Assembly: GCF_030144855.1 (NCBI RefSeq)
Contig: NC_082715.1
Span: 146,258,001-146,322,000, forward strand
Source: Hypanus sabinus
Taxonomy: Eukaryota
Direction of reading: 5' to 3'
Length of the DNA stretch: 64,000 nucleotides
The stretch's first letter is position 1. Each line of letters opens with the position of its first letter. Below the pieces are notes generated by a model. It did not search any database, was not told the DNA's origin, and worked only from the letters and a program-made list of their open reading frames with translations. Made by a program: the position numbers and the translations under genes. Positions 10,611 through 23,600 of the stretch are shown in pieces.

Positions 10611-11997
10611 CTTCAGTTTCCGTCCTGTTAAAGTTCGACTGCGAATCCACTATGCTATTTTACCATTATAATCATGTCCTACTGCTCTTCCCGCAGATTG
10701 TTTCCATTAATTTTCGGTGAATCATTTATAGATCCGAATGAACAAGATGAAATGTATTCTAAAATTCATCTTGTCAGACCTATATATTTTGCATGTCGCA
10801 ATAAGATCATCTCTCATTTTGCTGAAATCCGGTAACTTTACACCAGACTTATTAAGTGTCTTATAATGGGTCATCGCTACAGAAGAACACCAGTAAAATT
10901 ATGTTTTATTCATTCCAAATCATGTGTAAGCTATACTGTGGAAAGAGAAACAGACTGCAATCAGTATTCCACATGTACCGTAGGAGCAGCCTGTAGAATT
11001 TCAGCAACACCTGGAGCAATGGTCAATATAAACAACGGAACATTAAATAATATGAGCCAAATTAATATTAAATATCAAACACGAGGAAATCTGCAGATGT
11101 CAGAAATTGAAGCAACACATACAAAACGCTGGTGGAACGCAGCAGGCCAGGCAGCATCAATAGGGAGAAACACTGTGGACGTTTCGGGCCGAGACCCTTC
11201 GTATTAAATATTGAATATGCTTGCTGTTAAACTAAAGAGGGAAGAGCAAAAAAGCGCATCGGAGAAGATGTCAGAATATCGACTTTTAATTTGAAATGTC
11301 ACACATTAACATTCAACTTTGCAATATCACAATATTTATCCTGTCTTCCATGTAAGGCTAACTTCTCTAGATTAGCAATACAGAAGGAATGGGTGCCTTA
11401 ACGCAATTGTGAATGCTGAAATAATTCGTAAAATCACTAACATCAAATGATATTCATTCTTCAATAGCTATTCAGTATTTTGAGCGTTTTGGGCTCCAGG
11501 ATCCACCATATTCTGATTCAGGTTTTCAAAATCAGTTCAGGTTTATGCAGAAACTAATAAATGCCCAGAAATTGGAAACGAGTGATAAATATCAGAAGAG
11601 CGAAGGAAGGGTTTGGAATCACCATATTTCCAATGTTGCCAATTTCATTAGTTCCATGATATTCTCTAGGAGTCTGTTAAGTTAGTCATCCTCCGTTTCC
11701 ATCTATCAGATAAGGAGAGATTTCTCATAGGCTTATTTCCACCAGACTTGTATATTCACCCGGCACTTTACTGTCTCTTCCTCGGAATCCACAAAGCAAA
11801 CAATTTGGAAGTGCTGCATTTGGACTCTGTATACAGATCATTGACGTAGATTGTGAACAGCAGTCGTGGTTTCTCTGAAACTATCTGAATATCACAATTA
11901 CCCAAACAAAACGAGCCTTTAACCCTTAGCCCCTGTCAAAATATTGTTTCTAATACGGTGTTATTTTAAAAAATCTTGACTATTAACCCGTTGCTTT

Positions 11998-12308
11998 GGC
12001 GCGTGGGCAAGTGTATAAGGCATCGGTCTTGTGATCTGAAGGTCACTAGTTCGAGCCTCAGCTGAGGCAGAGCGTTGTGTCCTTGAGCAAGGCACTTAAC
12101 AACACATTGCTCTGCGATGACACCGGTGTCAAGCTGTTTGGGTCTTAGTGCCCTTCCCTTGGACAACATCGGTGGCGTAGAGAAGTGTGACTTGCAGCAT
12201 GGGCAACTGCCGGTCACCCATACAGCCCTGCTCAGGCCTACGCCCTGGAAAAAGAAACCTTCCAAGGCGCAAATCCCTGGTCTCACGGACTAACGGATGC
12301 CTATATAA
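11998..12308 (+). mobile_element. tRNA-derived SINE with CORE-like domain
   Basis: A-box-like TGGGCAAGTG, B-box-like GTTCGAGCC, then TGTCCTTGAGCAAGGCACTTAAC; second 5'-truncated copy at ~19100-19335. Confidence 0.7.
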
Positions 12309-12507
12309 ATTAGCCCGTTGTTATGCTTCCATTCGAAGGCCTTCTGGAAGTTCATATACACAATGACACCGATTATATCTTCTGTATTCTGCTGCTAACA
12401 GCCATGAATAAGCCAGCTCAATGTTAATTCCCATTTATAAATACTTGCTGATACTGCCCATTTCCATAATTACTTTCCAAGGGCCTTCTTCCTTGTTCAA
12501 TAATTAT

Positions 12508-12678
12508 NNNNNNNNNNNNNNNNNNNNNNNNNNNNNNNNNNNNNNNNNNNNNNNNNNNNNNNNNNNNNNNNNNNNNNNNNNNNNNNNNNNNNNNNNNNNN
12601 NNNNNNNNNNNNNNNNNNNNNNNNNNNNNNNNNNNNNNNNNNNNNNNNNNNNNNNNNNNNNNNNNNNNNNNNNNNNNN
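12508..12678. other. Assembly gap (171 N)
   Basis: Run of N. Confidence 1.
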
Positions 12679-12827
12679 GGAAATTCATCATTTTTCCAGT
12701 GTCCCATACACTTTCTCCATACACATACTCCAGTATGGCAGTGCGCAGCAGGGCCATGTTTAATATATTGAGGCTTTTCTCAGTTTTTGACGCGAAATGG
12801 GTGGGGGGCGTTGATTATTTGTGAACG

Positions 12828-13042
12828 CTGTATTCCACAGACGAGAGGACGGTAGGCTGATAATTGATGATCACTGTATTACACAGAGCGGAGGATGGTA
12901 GGCTGCCAATTGATGATCACTGTATTACACGGAGCGGAGGATGGTAGGCTGACAATTGGTGATCACTGTATTACACGGACGGGAGGACTGTAGGCTGATA
13001 ATTGGTGAGTGCTGTATTACACGGAGGGACGACGGCTGACTG
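12828..13042 (+). repeat. 46-bp minisatellite, ~4.7 units
   Basis: CTGTATT recurs at 12828, 12874, 12920, 12966, 13012; unit ~GGAGGATGGTAGGCTGACAATTGATGATCACTGTATTACACGGAGC. Confidence 0.95.
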
Positions 13043-13436
13043 ATGAGGAACGCGAAGTGCGTTTTCCGAGTATTGAATGGGATTCACCCAACTTGGGTTG
13101 TGACGCCAGTCTCTTCCTTACGAATTAACTCCCCCAACTTCCCTTTACCGACGGGAGCGAACAAACTACGAGTGTAGAGGCAATTGGAGATAACTTTTCT
13201 TTGTAAAGAAGGAAAATTGAGTCTCAGCTACTTGCTTTGCTGTTGTGGTAAACGTTGGAAAAGGTGGATTGGGTAGATTAGAAGTGAATTGCATTGTGAA
13301 CCGTCCTGCTGAAGGGTTTCGGCTCATCGACTGTACTTTTTTCCACAGATGCTGCCCGGCCTGATGAGTTCCTCCAGTATTTTGTGTGTGTTGCTCAGAT
13401 TTTGTCTGGTTCGTGTGTTGCGAAATTTTCATATCT

Positions 13437-14570
13437 TATTTCAAGTCAAATCACTTTTTATTGTCATTTCGACCATAACTGCTGGTACACTACACAGTAA
13501 AAACGAGACAACGTTTTTCAGGATCATGATACTAAATAAAATTGTACAAAAACTACACTGAACTACGTAAAAAAAAACACAGATAAAAAACTACACTAGA
13601 CTACAGGCCTACCCAGGACCGCATAAAGTGCACAAAACAGTGCAGGCATAACAATAAATAATAAACAAGGCAATAGGCACAGTAGAGGGCAGTATGCCGG
13701 TGCAGTCCAGGCTCTGGGTATTGAGGAGTCTGATAGCTTGCGGGAAGAAACTGTTATATAGTCTGGTCGTGAGAGCGAGAAAGCTACGGGGCCTTTTCCC
13801 AGATGGCAGGAGGGAGAAGAGTTTATATGAGGGGTGCGTGGGATCCTTCATGATGCGGCTTGCCTTGCGGATGGAGCGTGTAGCGAAAATGTCCGTAATG
13901 GCGGTAAGAGGGACACCGATGATCTTCTCAGCTGACCTCACTATCCGCTGCAGGGTCTTGCGATCCAAGATGGTGCAATTTCCGAATCAGATAGTGATGC
14001 AGCTGCCCAGGATGCTCTCAATACAACTCCTGCAGAATGTGATGAGGATAGGGGGTGGGAGATGGATTTTCCTCAACCTTCGCAGAAAGTAAAGACGCTA
14101 TTGGGCTTTATTTGCTATGGAGCTGGTGTTGAGGGACCAGGTGAGATTCTCCGCCAGGTGAACACCAAGAGATTTGGTGCTCTTAACGATTTATACTCAG
14201 GAGCCGTCAATGACTAGCGGGGAGTGGTCGCTTCGTGCCATCCTGAAGTCAACAACCATCTCTTTTGTTTTCTTCACATTCAGAGACAGGTTGTTGGCTC
14301 TGAACCAGTCCGTTAGCCGCTGCACCTCCTCTCTTTAAGCTGACTCGTCGTTCTTGCAGATGAGACCCAGCACGGTCGTGCCATCGGCGAAATTGATGAT
14401 ATGGTTGCAGCTGTGTGTTGCAGCGTAGTTATGGGTCAGCAGAGTGAACAGCAGTGGACTGAACACACAGCCATGGGGGCCCGCGTGCGCAGTGTGATGG
14501 TGTTGGAGATGCTGGCTCCGATCCGGACTGACTGAGGTCTCCCAGTCAGGAAGTCTAGTTTTCTAGCCTA
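13437..14570 (-). mobile_element. Rex1/Babar-type non-LTR retrotransposon, 3' fragment
   Basis: ORF 13609-13968 RKTLQRIVRSAEKIIG...DPTHPSYKLFSLLPSGKR is the typical Rex1 ORF2 C-terminus; TGACTTGA-type tail near 13437. Confidence 0.8.
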
Positions 14571-14659
14571 GAAGTCTAGTCTAGATTTCGGTTTTCTGGT
14601 TCAGTTATTTATTAAGCCGTTCTTCGCATACAGTCCGTCTTTGTAAAGGAAGCAACTTT

Positions 14660-15345
14660 TCAGAGGGTTTTACATTGTCTGGTGATCCAGGTTGTCCTAT
14701 TCCATTGTGTCCAGTCTGTGGCAAACAACGTAGAAATCCAGCAATGTCTCCAGCAAAATTGAAAAGGCACCTAACTACTAATCACAGTCATTAGACATGT
14801 AAAAATGTTGATTATTCTAATCGGCTATTGGAATCTCAAAACAGACTAAAGCTTTGGTTAATAAAGTCACAGTCAGTAAAAGATTCAGAAGCAAGTTATT
14901 ATCCAGAAAAGAAAATATTACACAGTTGTTGAGGACCTAACAATGCCAGCATGTAAAATTATCATGGGTGAATTGCTAGGGCAAGATTCAGTACGAGAAA
15001 TTGAAAATAGCTCACTCACAAAATTACGATAATCGATGTATTGATGACAAGTCACAGGATGCTGAAAAGATTTTGTGTGATAAGCTGAAAAACAACAGCT
15101 TCTCTATCCAGGTTGACGAGTCAAAAATTTTACCAATAAATGTCATGTTGTGGCATTTGTAAAATTTATAAGTGATGGTGAGATTCAAGAAAACTTTTTG
15201 CGTTGCAAAGAGCTTCCCGAAACAAGAACAGGCCAAGATAGATCTGATGTTTGATCTTCATATTGGAAAAAAGTGTCTGTCTTGGAGGAACTGTGTTGAC
15301 ATCAGTACTGACGGTGCCCCATCAATATTTGGTTCTATGAGACGT
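14660..15345 (+). mobile_element. Degenerate hAT (Charlie/Buster-like) DNA transposase remnant
   Basis: Broken frames give AMSPAKLKRHLTTNH (BED finger region), SIQVDES and CVDISTDGAPS (catalytic D motifs). Confidence 0.8.
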
Positions 15346-16399
15346 TTCCTTTCTCTTGAGAAACCCGCATTTTCTGGCCGTCTCTGGAAAACGGGCTTGT
15401 TAGCACCTCGCTCATAGCCATTGGATTCCGCGGTGATAAACCTCCTTTCTCCAGCTTCGTACATCTCCGGTTTCTGAAATGCTGGACCAGCCAAACCCTG
15501 ATTTTGCGAATGCTTTGTAATTTGTTGCCTACGGCAGGAAATAACAGATTGTATACAACATACAATTTATAAAGTATATTTAAGAATGTTAATTTAAGCC
15601 AACTGTTATTAAATGAAAGTAAGTAAAAAAACAAAAAAGGGCCCATTATTCTTAAACAGTCAAATGTTCAGTTGGGTTGGAGCTCATCTTGAACTTGTCT
15701 GCCACTCATGCGCTGGACCCTCCGTCTGCGTGAAAGCACACACCACCATCTGAACATCGCTTGAAATCCATTTAGAACAAACGGGTCTCCCACGGGAGTA
15801 TTGGTTCTTCCTTCTGAAGTCATTTAATCTACACAAGGCACCTTGTGCAACAGGTAAGAGCATCCTCAGCCATCTTTCGCCATTGTCTTCTTCTGGCTCC
15901 CGCCAACCCAGCGTTTGTCAGCTCCTTCCCCCCAGTTCCACTATCCTGATTGGCTGGCAGCTCATTCCCAAGGTGAATAACAGCCCTTTATCTTCGCTCA
16001 AACCGAAACATGCTAAAAGCAGAACAGACTGCTCTTACGGAACTGCTAAAATGAAATACCTACGCATAACAGTAAAAATCTTAACCAGGGCGTTACTCTT
16101 GTAAAAAAGAAAATTCAGATGTTGTGAAAACACATTCCTTCAATATTGCAAATAATTTTACATGTTATAAATAGCATTAATTGAAATCAATTTACAACCT
16201 TTATATGTTAAATCTACCAAGCCTACCTTTGGAATAATTAGACCACATTTTGTCTTAAGCTAGGTCATTAACAGAACTTTTCTTCATGAGTTTATTAACA
16301 TTTATGAAAGGGAAAGAAAGAGATTAATTTCAAGAACTGTAAGCAATCTTCAAAGGTTCCTCCAGGGCAAACAGGTTGAGGAAGGCTGCTCAAGAGAGT

Positions 16400-16980
16400 T
16401 TAGCTATTTTCTGTTTAACTTGTCCACATAGAATTATCCACTACGCCCAGGTGCAAAACGAACGAATTCATTTTATGTCAACGCATTGGTATCCATCCTT
16501 GGAGAGGGATTTGCAATCTGTTCCATTTGAGCACCTCGATATTGTAACACTTAGCGCGATGCCCTTACAGCTCGCGGCAGCGGAGTTCGGATGTCAATCT
16601 TGACGTCCTCTAAAGAATGTAAACTTACTTCCCGTGAAGCGCGAGTTTCTACCCGGTGGTACGATTTCCTCCCACGTTCCAAAGATCCATATTATAATTT
16701 GTCCTGCAATTAGGATAGGATAAATAAGTGGGTTTCTGGGCTGTGCGGCTCTTTGGGTCGGAAGGGCCATGTAAATAAATCAAAAATTAAGATTATTGAG
16801 ATTGGAAGTGAGTACACTATTGGTTTACTTACCAATATAAACAAAGCCTCTTGCCTTCCCAGCTGACTGTTGTTCATTCCCACTGACTCGCTGTGATTTA
16901 CTTATAGAAACTACGCTGTCTTCTAATACTGACATTACTATTTAATCTATTGCTTTCATTTTCAGTTCATGTAGATGGAT
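16400..16980 (+). repeat. Additional diverged copy of the distal B flank; partner ~29330-29890
   Basis: Shared CCACATAGAATTA, GTATCCATCCTTGG, the same V-SINE copy and TCTTCTAATACTGAC...AATCTATTGCTTT in the same order. Confidence 0.8.
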
Positions 16981-17289
16981 AGAAACGACACAGGAGACCG
17001 TTGGGCTTGCAGCTATAGCTTTCTGACTGGCTTTGTGGCTGTTCCTCGACTTCAGTATTGAATGCAACTTACGTACTTTTATTGTTTGTAGGACTTGTGT
17101 TTTTTCATGCACATTGGATGTTTGACGATCTTCCTTTTTAATGGGTTCTATTGGGTAGCTGCTTGTCAGGAGGAGGATATCAATGTTGTATATAGTAAAC
17201 ACTGATCATAAATGTACTTTGAACTTTGAAAGAAGGGTAAGGGTTGTCAATAGCAATCCCGACATTATTCAGTGCCCTTCCGTTCACTG

Positions 17290-18680
17290 TGTAACACCTG
17301 CCCTGATTGGCCCAACCAAAGGTGAACAGCTTGCACTTGTCAGCATTAAATTCCATCTGTCATTTTTCAGCCTAGATTTCGAACTGGGCCAGATCGCCCC
17401 AGAAGGACTGATAGTCTTCCTCGCTGTCCACTATACCCCCAATCTTGGTGTCAACCAGAAAGGTGCTGATCTAGGTAACCAGGTTATCAATGATATAGAT
17501 GACAAACAACAACGCTCGCACGGACACTCCACCAGTTACAGGCCTCCAGTAAGAGAGCTAACCATCTCCTGTCATTCTCTGGTTTCTCCCCCAAAGCCTA
17601 TGTCTGAGCTATTTGATGACCTCAACTTTCATGCTGAGCAACTTAAACTTCTTGACCAGCCTCCCATGTGGGACCTTTTCAAATGCCTTGCTGAAGTCCA
17701 TGTAGACACCATCCACTACGTTGCCTTCATCCACTTTCCTGGTAATTTCCTCGAAAAACTTGGTTCGTCTCGACTTACCAAGCAGAAAGCCATGCTGATC
17801 ATCCCTGATCAATCTCTCTCTATCCAAATACTCATCGATCCTATCTCTTAGAATACCTCCCAACACTGATGTCAGGTTCACTCGCCTTCAATTACCTGGT
17901 GCATGTTTAGAGCTTTTCTTAAACAGCGGGAGAACATTGGCTATCCTGTAATATTCCGGTACTTCTCCTGTCCTTAAGAATCATGCTGTTAGGGCTCCTG
18001 TAGTTTCTGCAATTGCCTTCCACAGAGTTCAAGGGAACACTTTGTTAGGCCTGGGGATTTATCACCCTAATTTGCCTCAGGATAGCAACACCTCTTCTTC
18101 TGAAGTCTGCATAGGGTCCTCGAACTCGCTTCCTCTTTCCCTCGTTTCTATAGATTCTGTGTCCGTCTCTCGAGTGAATAGAGTTGCAACGAAAATAAAG
18201 ATTTAAGATCTTCCCATCTCTTCTGGCTCCACACATTTTAGCATTCTGATCTTCCATAGGACCACTTCTGTCCCTTGCAATCCTTTTGATCGCAATATAT
18301 CTCTAGTCACCCTTAGAATTCACATTCACTTTGCAAGCATCAGACCTTCCTTTTGCCCTCCTGATTTCTTCCTTATGTGTCCTCTTGCAATTCATATACT
18401 CTAGAAGTACCTCCTTTGTCCGTACCTGCCAGCACCTGCGATGCTCTTCCTTTTTCTCCTTAGACATGGCCTCAATATCTCTTGAAAACTCTGAACACGT
18501 TTTCTTTAACTTTTGTTTCGACAGGCACATACAAGGCTTTTACTCTCAGATTTTCACGCTTGAAGGCCTCCGATTTATCAAGTACACCCTTACCAGAAGG
18601 CAGCCTGTCCCAATCCACACTTGCCAGATCCTTTCTGATGCCATCAAAATTGGTCTTTTCCAATTTAGATATACATACCT
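17290..18680 (-). mobile_element. CR1 ORF2 (RT) remnant
   Basis: ORF 17609-17881 QHGF...VDGVYMDFSKAFEKVPHGRL; ORF 18472-18663 TNFDGIRKDLASVDW. Confidence 0.9.
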
Positions 18681-20048
18681 AACTAACTGTAATGACGTGA
18701 ATAAGAGGAAGTTAAAAGAACCCGATGGGTGGACTGCATGTCGCTTTGCGTTCAATCGTTGTTTGCGAAGAGTTATTCCCGTTTAAGAGTGAATCGATCG
18801 TTTAAGTTACTTTAACGAGGGGAATAGATTGCATATTTCTACGCAAAAGTTTCCGTGGTTTGGAGGATCATCAAATTGAGAAGGAGTTTACAGCTTTATC
18901 TTTTTCAATTATTTATCTAGTACTTTAACAAGTCTTTTTTTCCCCAACACCATCTCCTGCAAAATATTCCACAACAAAGTTCTGCAGTGTTATTCTTTAT
19001 TGCTGTCTTGTTTCGCCAACTACTTATGTTAGTGTTTTATGGGTACAAATACTTTGCCATAAATATTTTTCCTTATATACAAAGCTAAAATAAAATCAGC
19101 TAAGGCACCGTATTGTGCCGTTGAGCAAAGGTTTTCACAACACATTGCTCTGCGACGACACCTGTGCCAATCTGTATCGGCCCTTGCCCTTCCTTTGGAC
19201 AACATCGGTGGAGTGGAGAGGGGATACTTGCAGCATGGGCAACTGCCGGTCTTCCATACAAACCCTGCCCGGCCTGCACCCTGGAAACTTTCCAAGGCGG
19301 AAATCCATGGGCTATCGAAACTAACGGATGCCTATAATAAAATTAAATTCAAAACGTTTAATGTCTTTGTCAAGCTTACTGTCAAAGTCACTCTTTCAGC
19401 TGAACAATAATTTTTATATAGTCTCTCAGCTGACGTAAGTATTTGTGTCCTGACAATACTGTATTCCGAATCCGTTCATATGCTATGTGCCCGGCAACCT
19501 AGTTAAAGTAATAAACACAATCATGATCAATATATTTGATTTTGCATGTTGAATCACCCAATGTCATCACCGAATATAGCATTTTTAGCAGGCCGTACAC
19601 TTTTGATTTATTCTGTTAATTTCTCGCTTACTCGTGGCGCTTGGATACATCTCAAAGCAACCGAGACATACAAGGATTTTTGGAGTTTTCATTAAAAATC
19701 TACTAATTGTGAGGATCACGCATGATCACGATGCACGGTACACATAGCTGAAACTCATGGATAGGTTTCTTTATTGAAGAGTATCGGGTTTGTTGCAAGG
19801 TTAGTAAGGTGATTGATTTTCTGATTTCTGATACGTGTAAAGGGAAGGTTAAACATTTAGACATTAACTGACAGGTACTGCGACGTTCTTGAGCAGTTTA
19901 TGCAGGTACAGATAAAAATTTGTGAACACATATAACGTGCAAAATCACTATCGGATTGTTCGTCAATGTCGCCATTTCGAGCTGGGAAATCTTACGAGAT
20001 GGCGACTTGAACACAGCTGCTCCATTCAGTCTCGGAATCTCAGCGTTA

Positions 20049-20060
20049 CTTTGCATAAAT
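20049..20060 (+). promoter_or_regulatory. Variant Ig octamer CTTTGCAT (+AAAT)
   Basis: One mismatch from ATTTGCAT, ~115-125 bp upstream of leader ATG, the usual IgL promoter position. Confidence 0.75.
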
Positions 20061-20174
20061 GTAGAGCGCACAATCACGTGGTCCTCTTCGTTGCACTGAT
20101 AAGGCAAGGAGAGCCGGCCAGCGTTATACTCTGTTTGCAAACCGTGCACTTTGCAGAACTCATCCGAATTCACG

Positions 20175-20217
20175 ATGTCCGGGAGGGTGGGTGTCATCTT
20201 GATAATTTGCGCAGCCT
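20175..20217 (+). CDS. IgL gene 1, leader exon (MSGRVGVILIICAA)
   Basis: ATG, hydrophobic peptide, phase-1 donor GTAAGT at 20218; 100-bp intron ending TTTCTAG at 20317. Confidence 0.9.
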
Positions 20218-20317
20218 GTAAGTACCTAATAAAAGTTATTTGGATTTTTAGAGCGCTTTCATGCTGCAGATAATTAATCACACGAAGCCTGCCATCTAAT
20301 ACTGTTTTTTTTTCTAG

Positions 20318-20668
20318 ATTCAAATGCAGAGATCACATTAAATCAAGAGGGATCGCTGTCCGTTCAGCCGAGAGGAACTGTGAAGATCGGCTGTAGAGTG
20401 TCGGGCGCCAACTTCGGAAATTCTGATATAGCATGGTATCAGCAGAAACCTGATGGCGCTCCCCGATTTCTCCTCTATCATGATCTCAGCCGGGACGTAA
20501 AGGGTATTGGCATTCCCGATAGATTCTCTGGAAGGTCTCAGTCTTCGAGCAACGCCGCATTTTTAACTATTAGCAATGTTCAACTGGAGGACGACGCCGA
20601 TTACTACTGTGGCTGGTGGGCGTCAAGAGCGTTTCACTTCGGCGGAGGCACCAAGTTGACTGTAACAG
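20318..20668 (+). CDS. IgL gene 1, germline-joined VJ exon
   Basis: SNA-EITLNQEG...IGC...WYQQKP...DDADYYC-GWWASRAFH-FGGGTKLTVT in one frame; no RSS between V and J; donor GTAAGC at 20669. Confidence 0.97.
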
Positions 20669-23600
20669 GTAAGCAGCGCTTATTGTACTTTATGCCGTTG
20701 AATTTCTTTATCATTTTGTGGATCCACTTTTTAAAAGTCATGGAGTCAATTGGATTGTAGCTACAACTATTATGTGAAGATGGCACTTTAAAAATGGAAT
20801 TTAATCTATTTTGTGATTGTATTTGGGTGGTAGGGTGGAGATACGTCTCTACCAGGGGAGGTATAATGCGTTGCTTCCCTATGTAGCCTGCATGTTACCC
20901 TTGAGCACGGTATATTACCGTCTCAGCTCCCTGATCAGGGTTACGTGAAACCATGTGAGCAAGTGGTGGATGGACGTATAATCAGAATTTCTGATTATGC
21001 GACTACTGACGCCAGACAGATGATCTCTGAAGTGTATTGATAATGGCTTGCGAAGACACTGCCAAGAGGAAGGCAATGGCAGACTATTTCTGTAGAAATA
21101 TTTGCCAAGAGCAATCATGGTCATTGCCCACGTCATACAGCGTTGCACATAACGCCGATCATGCATGCATTCAGCAGCATTCTGGACGTAAAAGCTTCAA
21201 CATTTTGTTCTTCTCGCGGTTAATGCAGAAGGAGTGTACAGCGAGAATAATTTCCATCTTTTACTAATAGTCAGAAGATCGCACATGGTAAATTTCGGAA
21301 TATTTAACTTAGAGACGTGAGGAGGTATTAGCAGGAAAAGTAATTTTAGTTAAAATATTTAATCCATGAGTGTTATTGTCCTATTTAGGGGTTCACTTAT
21401 TCTTTAAAGCATATGAGGCCAAATTCTGTAAACGTGTCACTTTGGGGGGGGGGGGGGGTGGCGCGGTGGAAGGAAGAGGCTGTTCGACTCAAAGAAATTG
21501 AAAGGGACGGTTAGAATAGTTGCTGCATGGTCTGCCGAGTTCCTCCAGTGGTTTGTGTATGCGCTGTTGTAGTTATAACACTGGAGGGTCCCTGTGATAA
21601 GGAAATATCTCTCAATTCCTTTTGGACCGAGAATTTGAGTCTGATAACCAGAATCTCCCCCAAATCTCCCGAACCAACACAGAATTTAAGGATTAGTTTC
21701 GAACGCTAGAAATTCATGTCCTCTTTGCATAAGATTTTTCCATGAGAAAGGGAGTCAATGAACTAATTCGAACAATAGAATAGAAGCAGAACTCTTTCGG
21801 AATAATCTATCACCAGCATGCTTTCGTTATTTTCTAAACTTAAGTCGACTGGGATTTATTGCTTGAAACTTAATTCCATCTATAGCCACCTTAAGCTAAC
21901 ACCAGTTACGAAAACAACAGCCATATTTTAACCCAGAACACTAGTGGAAATAAGAAAATCGTTGTTACAAAACGGTTTGAAGTGAACAATTGCAATCATG
22001 TATTAGGATGATGAACCCCAAAACGATTGACTTTTCAAGGAGCTTTCTATAACCTCACCATAGATTGCTGCGGTGCGATTGTCATAAACACTGCAAACAC
22101 TGAAAAGCTTACATGCTGCGAATTCTCTTTGTTGTTACAGTAACATAGCCGGCAACAAGTTTAAATGGTTGGCAGTAACCTAATTTGTATTTGTAGCAAT
22201 CATTCTACAGTTATCTTGAAAGCGCAAATGACCTGATTTGGGCTATTTCTATGCACATTAACTGCTGCATTGAGTTTACATGCTGGTAGCTCCTCCCTCT
22301 GCTCTGTATGATCAGAATCGGTTCCTCAAGTAATCGATGCTGCAGGGTTCAGGTTACTTTTTCTATACTGGACCGTTTCTGACCTGGGAATATTTGACCG
22401 AATTGTATACGTTGCTGAAAATGTTTCATGCGACACGAAAGAAGTTAATGCATGAATTAAACACAGAGTTAAGCTAATTGACTTCCTTCCATTATTATCT
22501 CTCTTGGGTTGCGATAGTAAAATTCATTCCCGTACGTTCTCCTTTCAAACACTTCAAGGGTACAAGTATGATGAGTTAAAAACAAATTGATTTCACTTAC
22601 AATATCGCGATAAACACTGGCAAGGCCAGGACATCATGAGTTAGAGAGAAAGAAAATCTCCTAAAATGCCTGTCCGTTCGTATTAACCCTCAACAGGTTA
22701 TGGGAATTCCGTACCATGGAATATAGAATTTAGTTAAAATGATCCACTGTTTCATCTCCAGCCTCTGAATCAATCTCTTTTTAGGACATGAGGCTTGGCA
22801 AGCGATTGAATGGGCGTTTTGGTTCCAGTCATCATAAATCTATTAGTTTTTAAAGAAGTTTTGAAAAACAAATAGTAGTAGTTCACAAGTTGGAGCCTAA
22901 ATTGGAACAAAGCAAAATTTGATGGCATTAGACCAAAACTCTCAAGGATTGATTTGGAGAAGCTGTTAGCAGGTGTAGTGAAGTTTGGCAAGTCGGAAGC
23001 TTTTTAAAGTGTGATGCAGGGAATTCAGGGCAAATATGTTTCTGTCAGAGTTAACGGCAAGGTAGGTAGGATTGAGGAGCGCTTCTTGATGGAAATGTAT
23101 AGAGGTTCTGCTCAGGATACAGAAAATGTGATGTAGAGCTAACTGGGATCAAGCAAAACTTGTTGAGAGAATAAGGAGTTTTGGAGCAAACACGAGGAAA
23201 TCTGCAGATGCTGGAAATTCAAACAACGCACACTAAATGGAATTTTGGAATTCAGTTGATGAAGAAAATAGGAACAAATGTGGATATATCTTTAGCAGAT
23301 AAGTTAATCCGAAGAGATTCTTTGAATATATTAAGAGCAGCGAGGGAGAGAAAAGGTCCACGTAAGGATTAGATAGAGGATGTGTGGAGCCTCAGGAGAC
23401 TGACGTGGAATGAAATCGATACGTCCAATCTACTTTACAGTGGAAAAGTCATAGAAGCTAGGAAATTCAGAGACAAACAATGCGATGCCCTGAAGCATAA
23501 TGATATTATATAAAATGCGCAGTTGGCGTTTTTGAGGAGAGTAACAGGTGATAAATCTCGGGGCCTTGCTCTCTATATCCCCAAATGTCAACACATTTGA

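Larger units (their letters stand above)
5955..10740 (+). repeat. Diverged duplicate B (proximal 3' flank of + IgL C exon); partner ~25586-29830
   Basis: Colinear homology throughout, visibly more diverged than duplicate A; CR1 insert at 6250-6830 absent from partner. Confidence 0.9.

Noticed and set aside
11998-12070. tRNA gene
   Set aside because: tRNA-like head runs into a SINE body with a second copy near 19100; no complete cloverleaf seen
12421-12771. ORFs spanning X residues
   Set aside because: Artefacts of the N gap
12828-13042. CRISPR-like array or RSS array (CACTGTA in each unit)
   Set aside because: Eukaryotic context, no unique spacers, and no GGTTTTTGT-like nonamer at 12 or 23 bp
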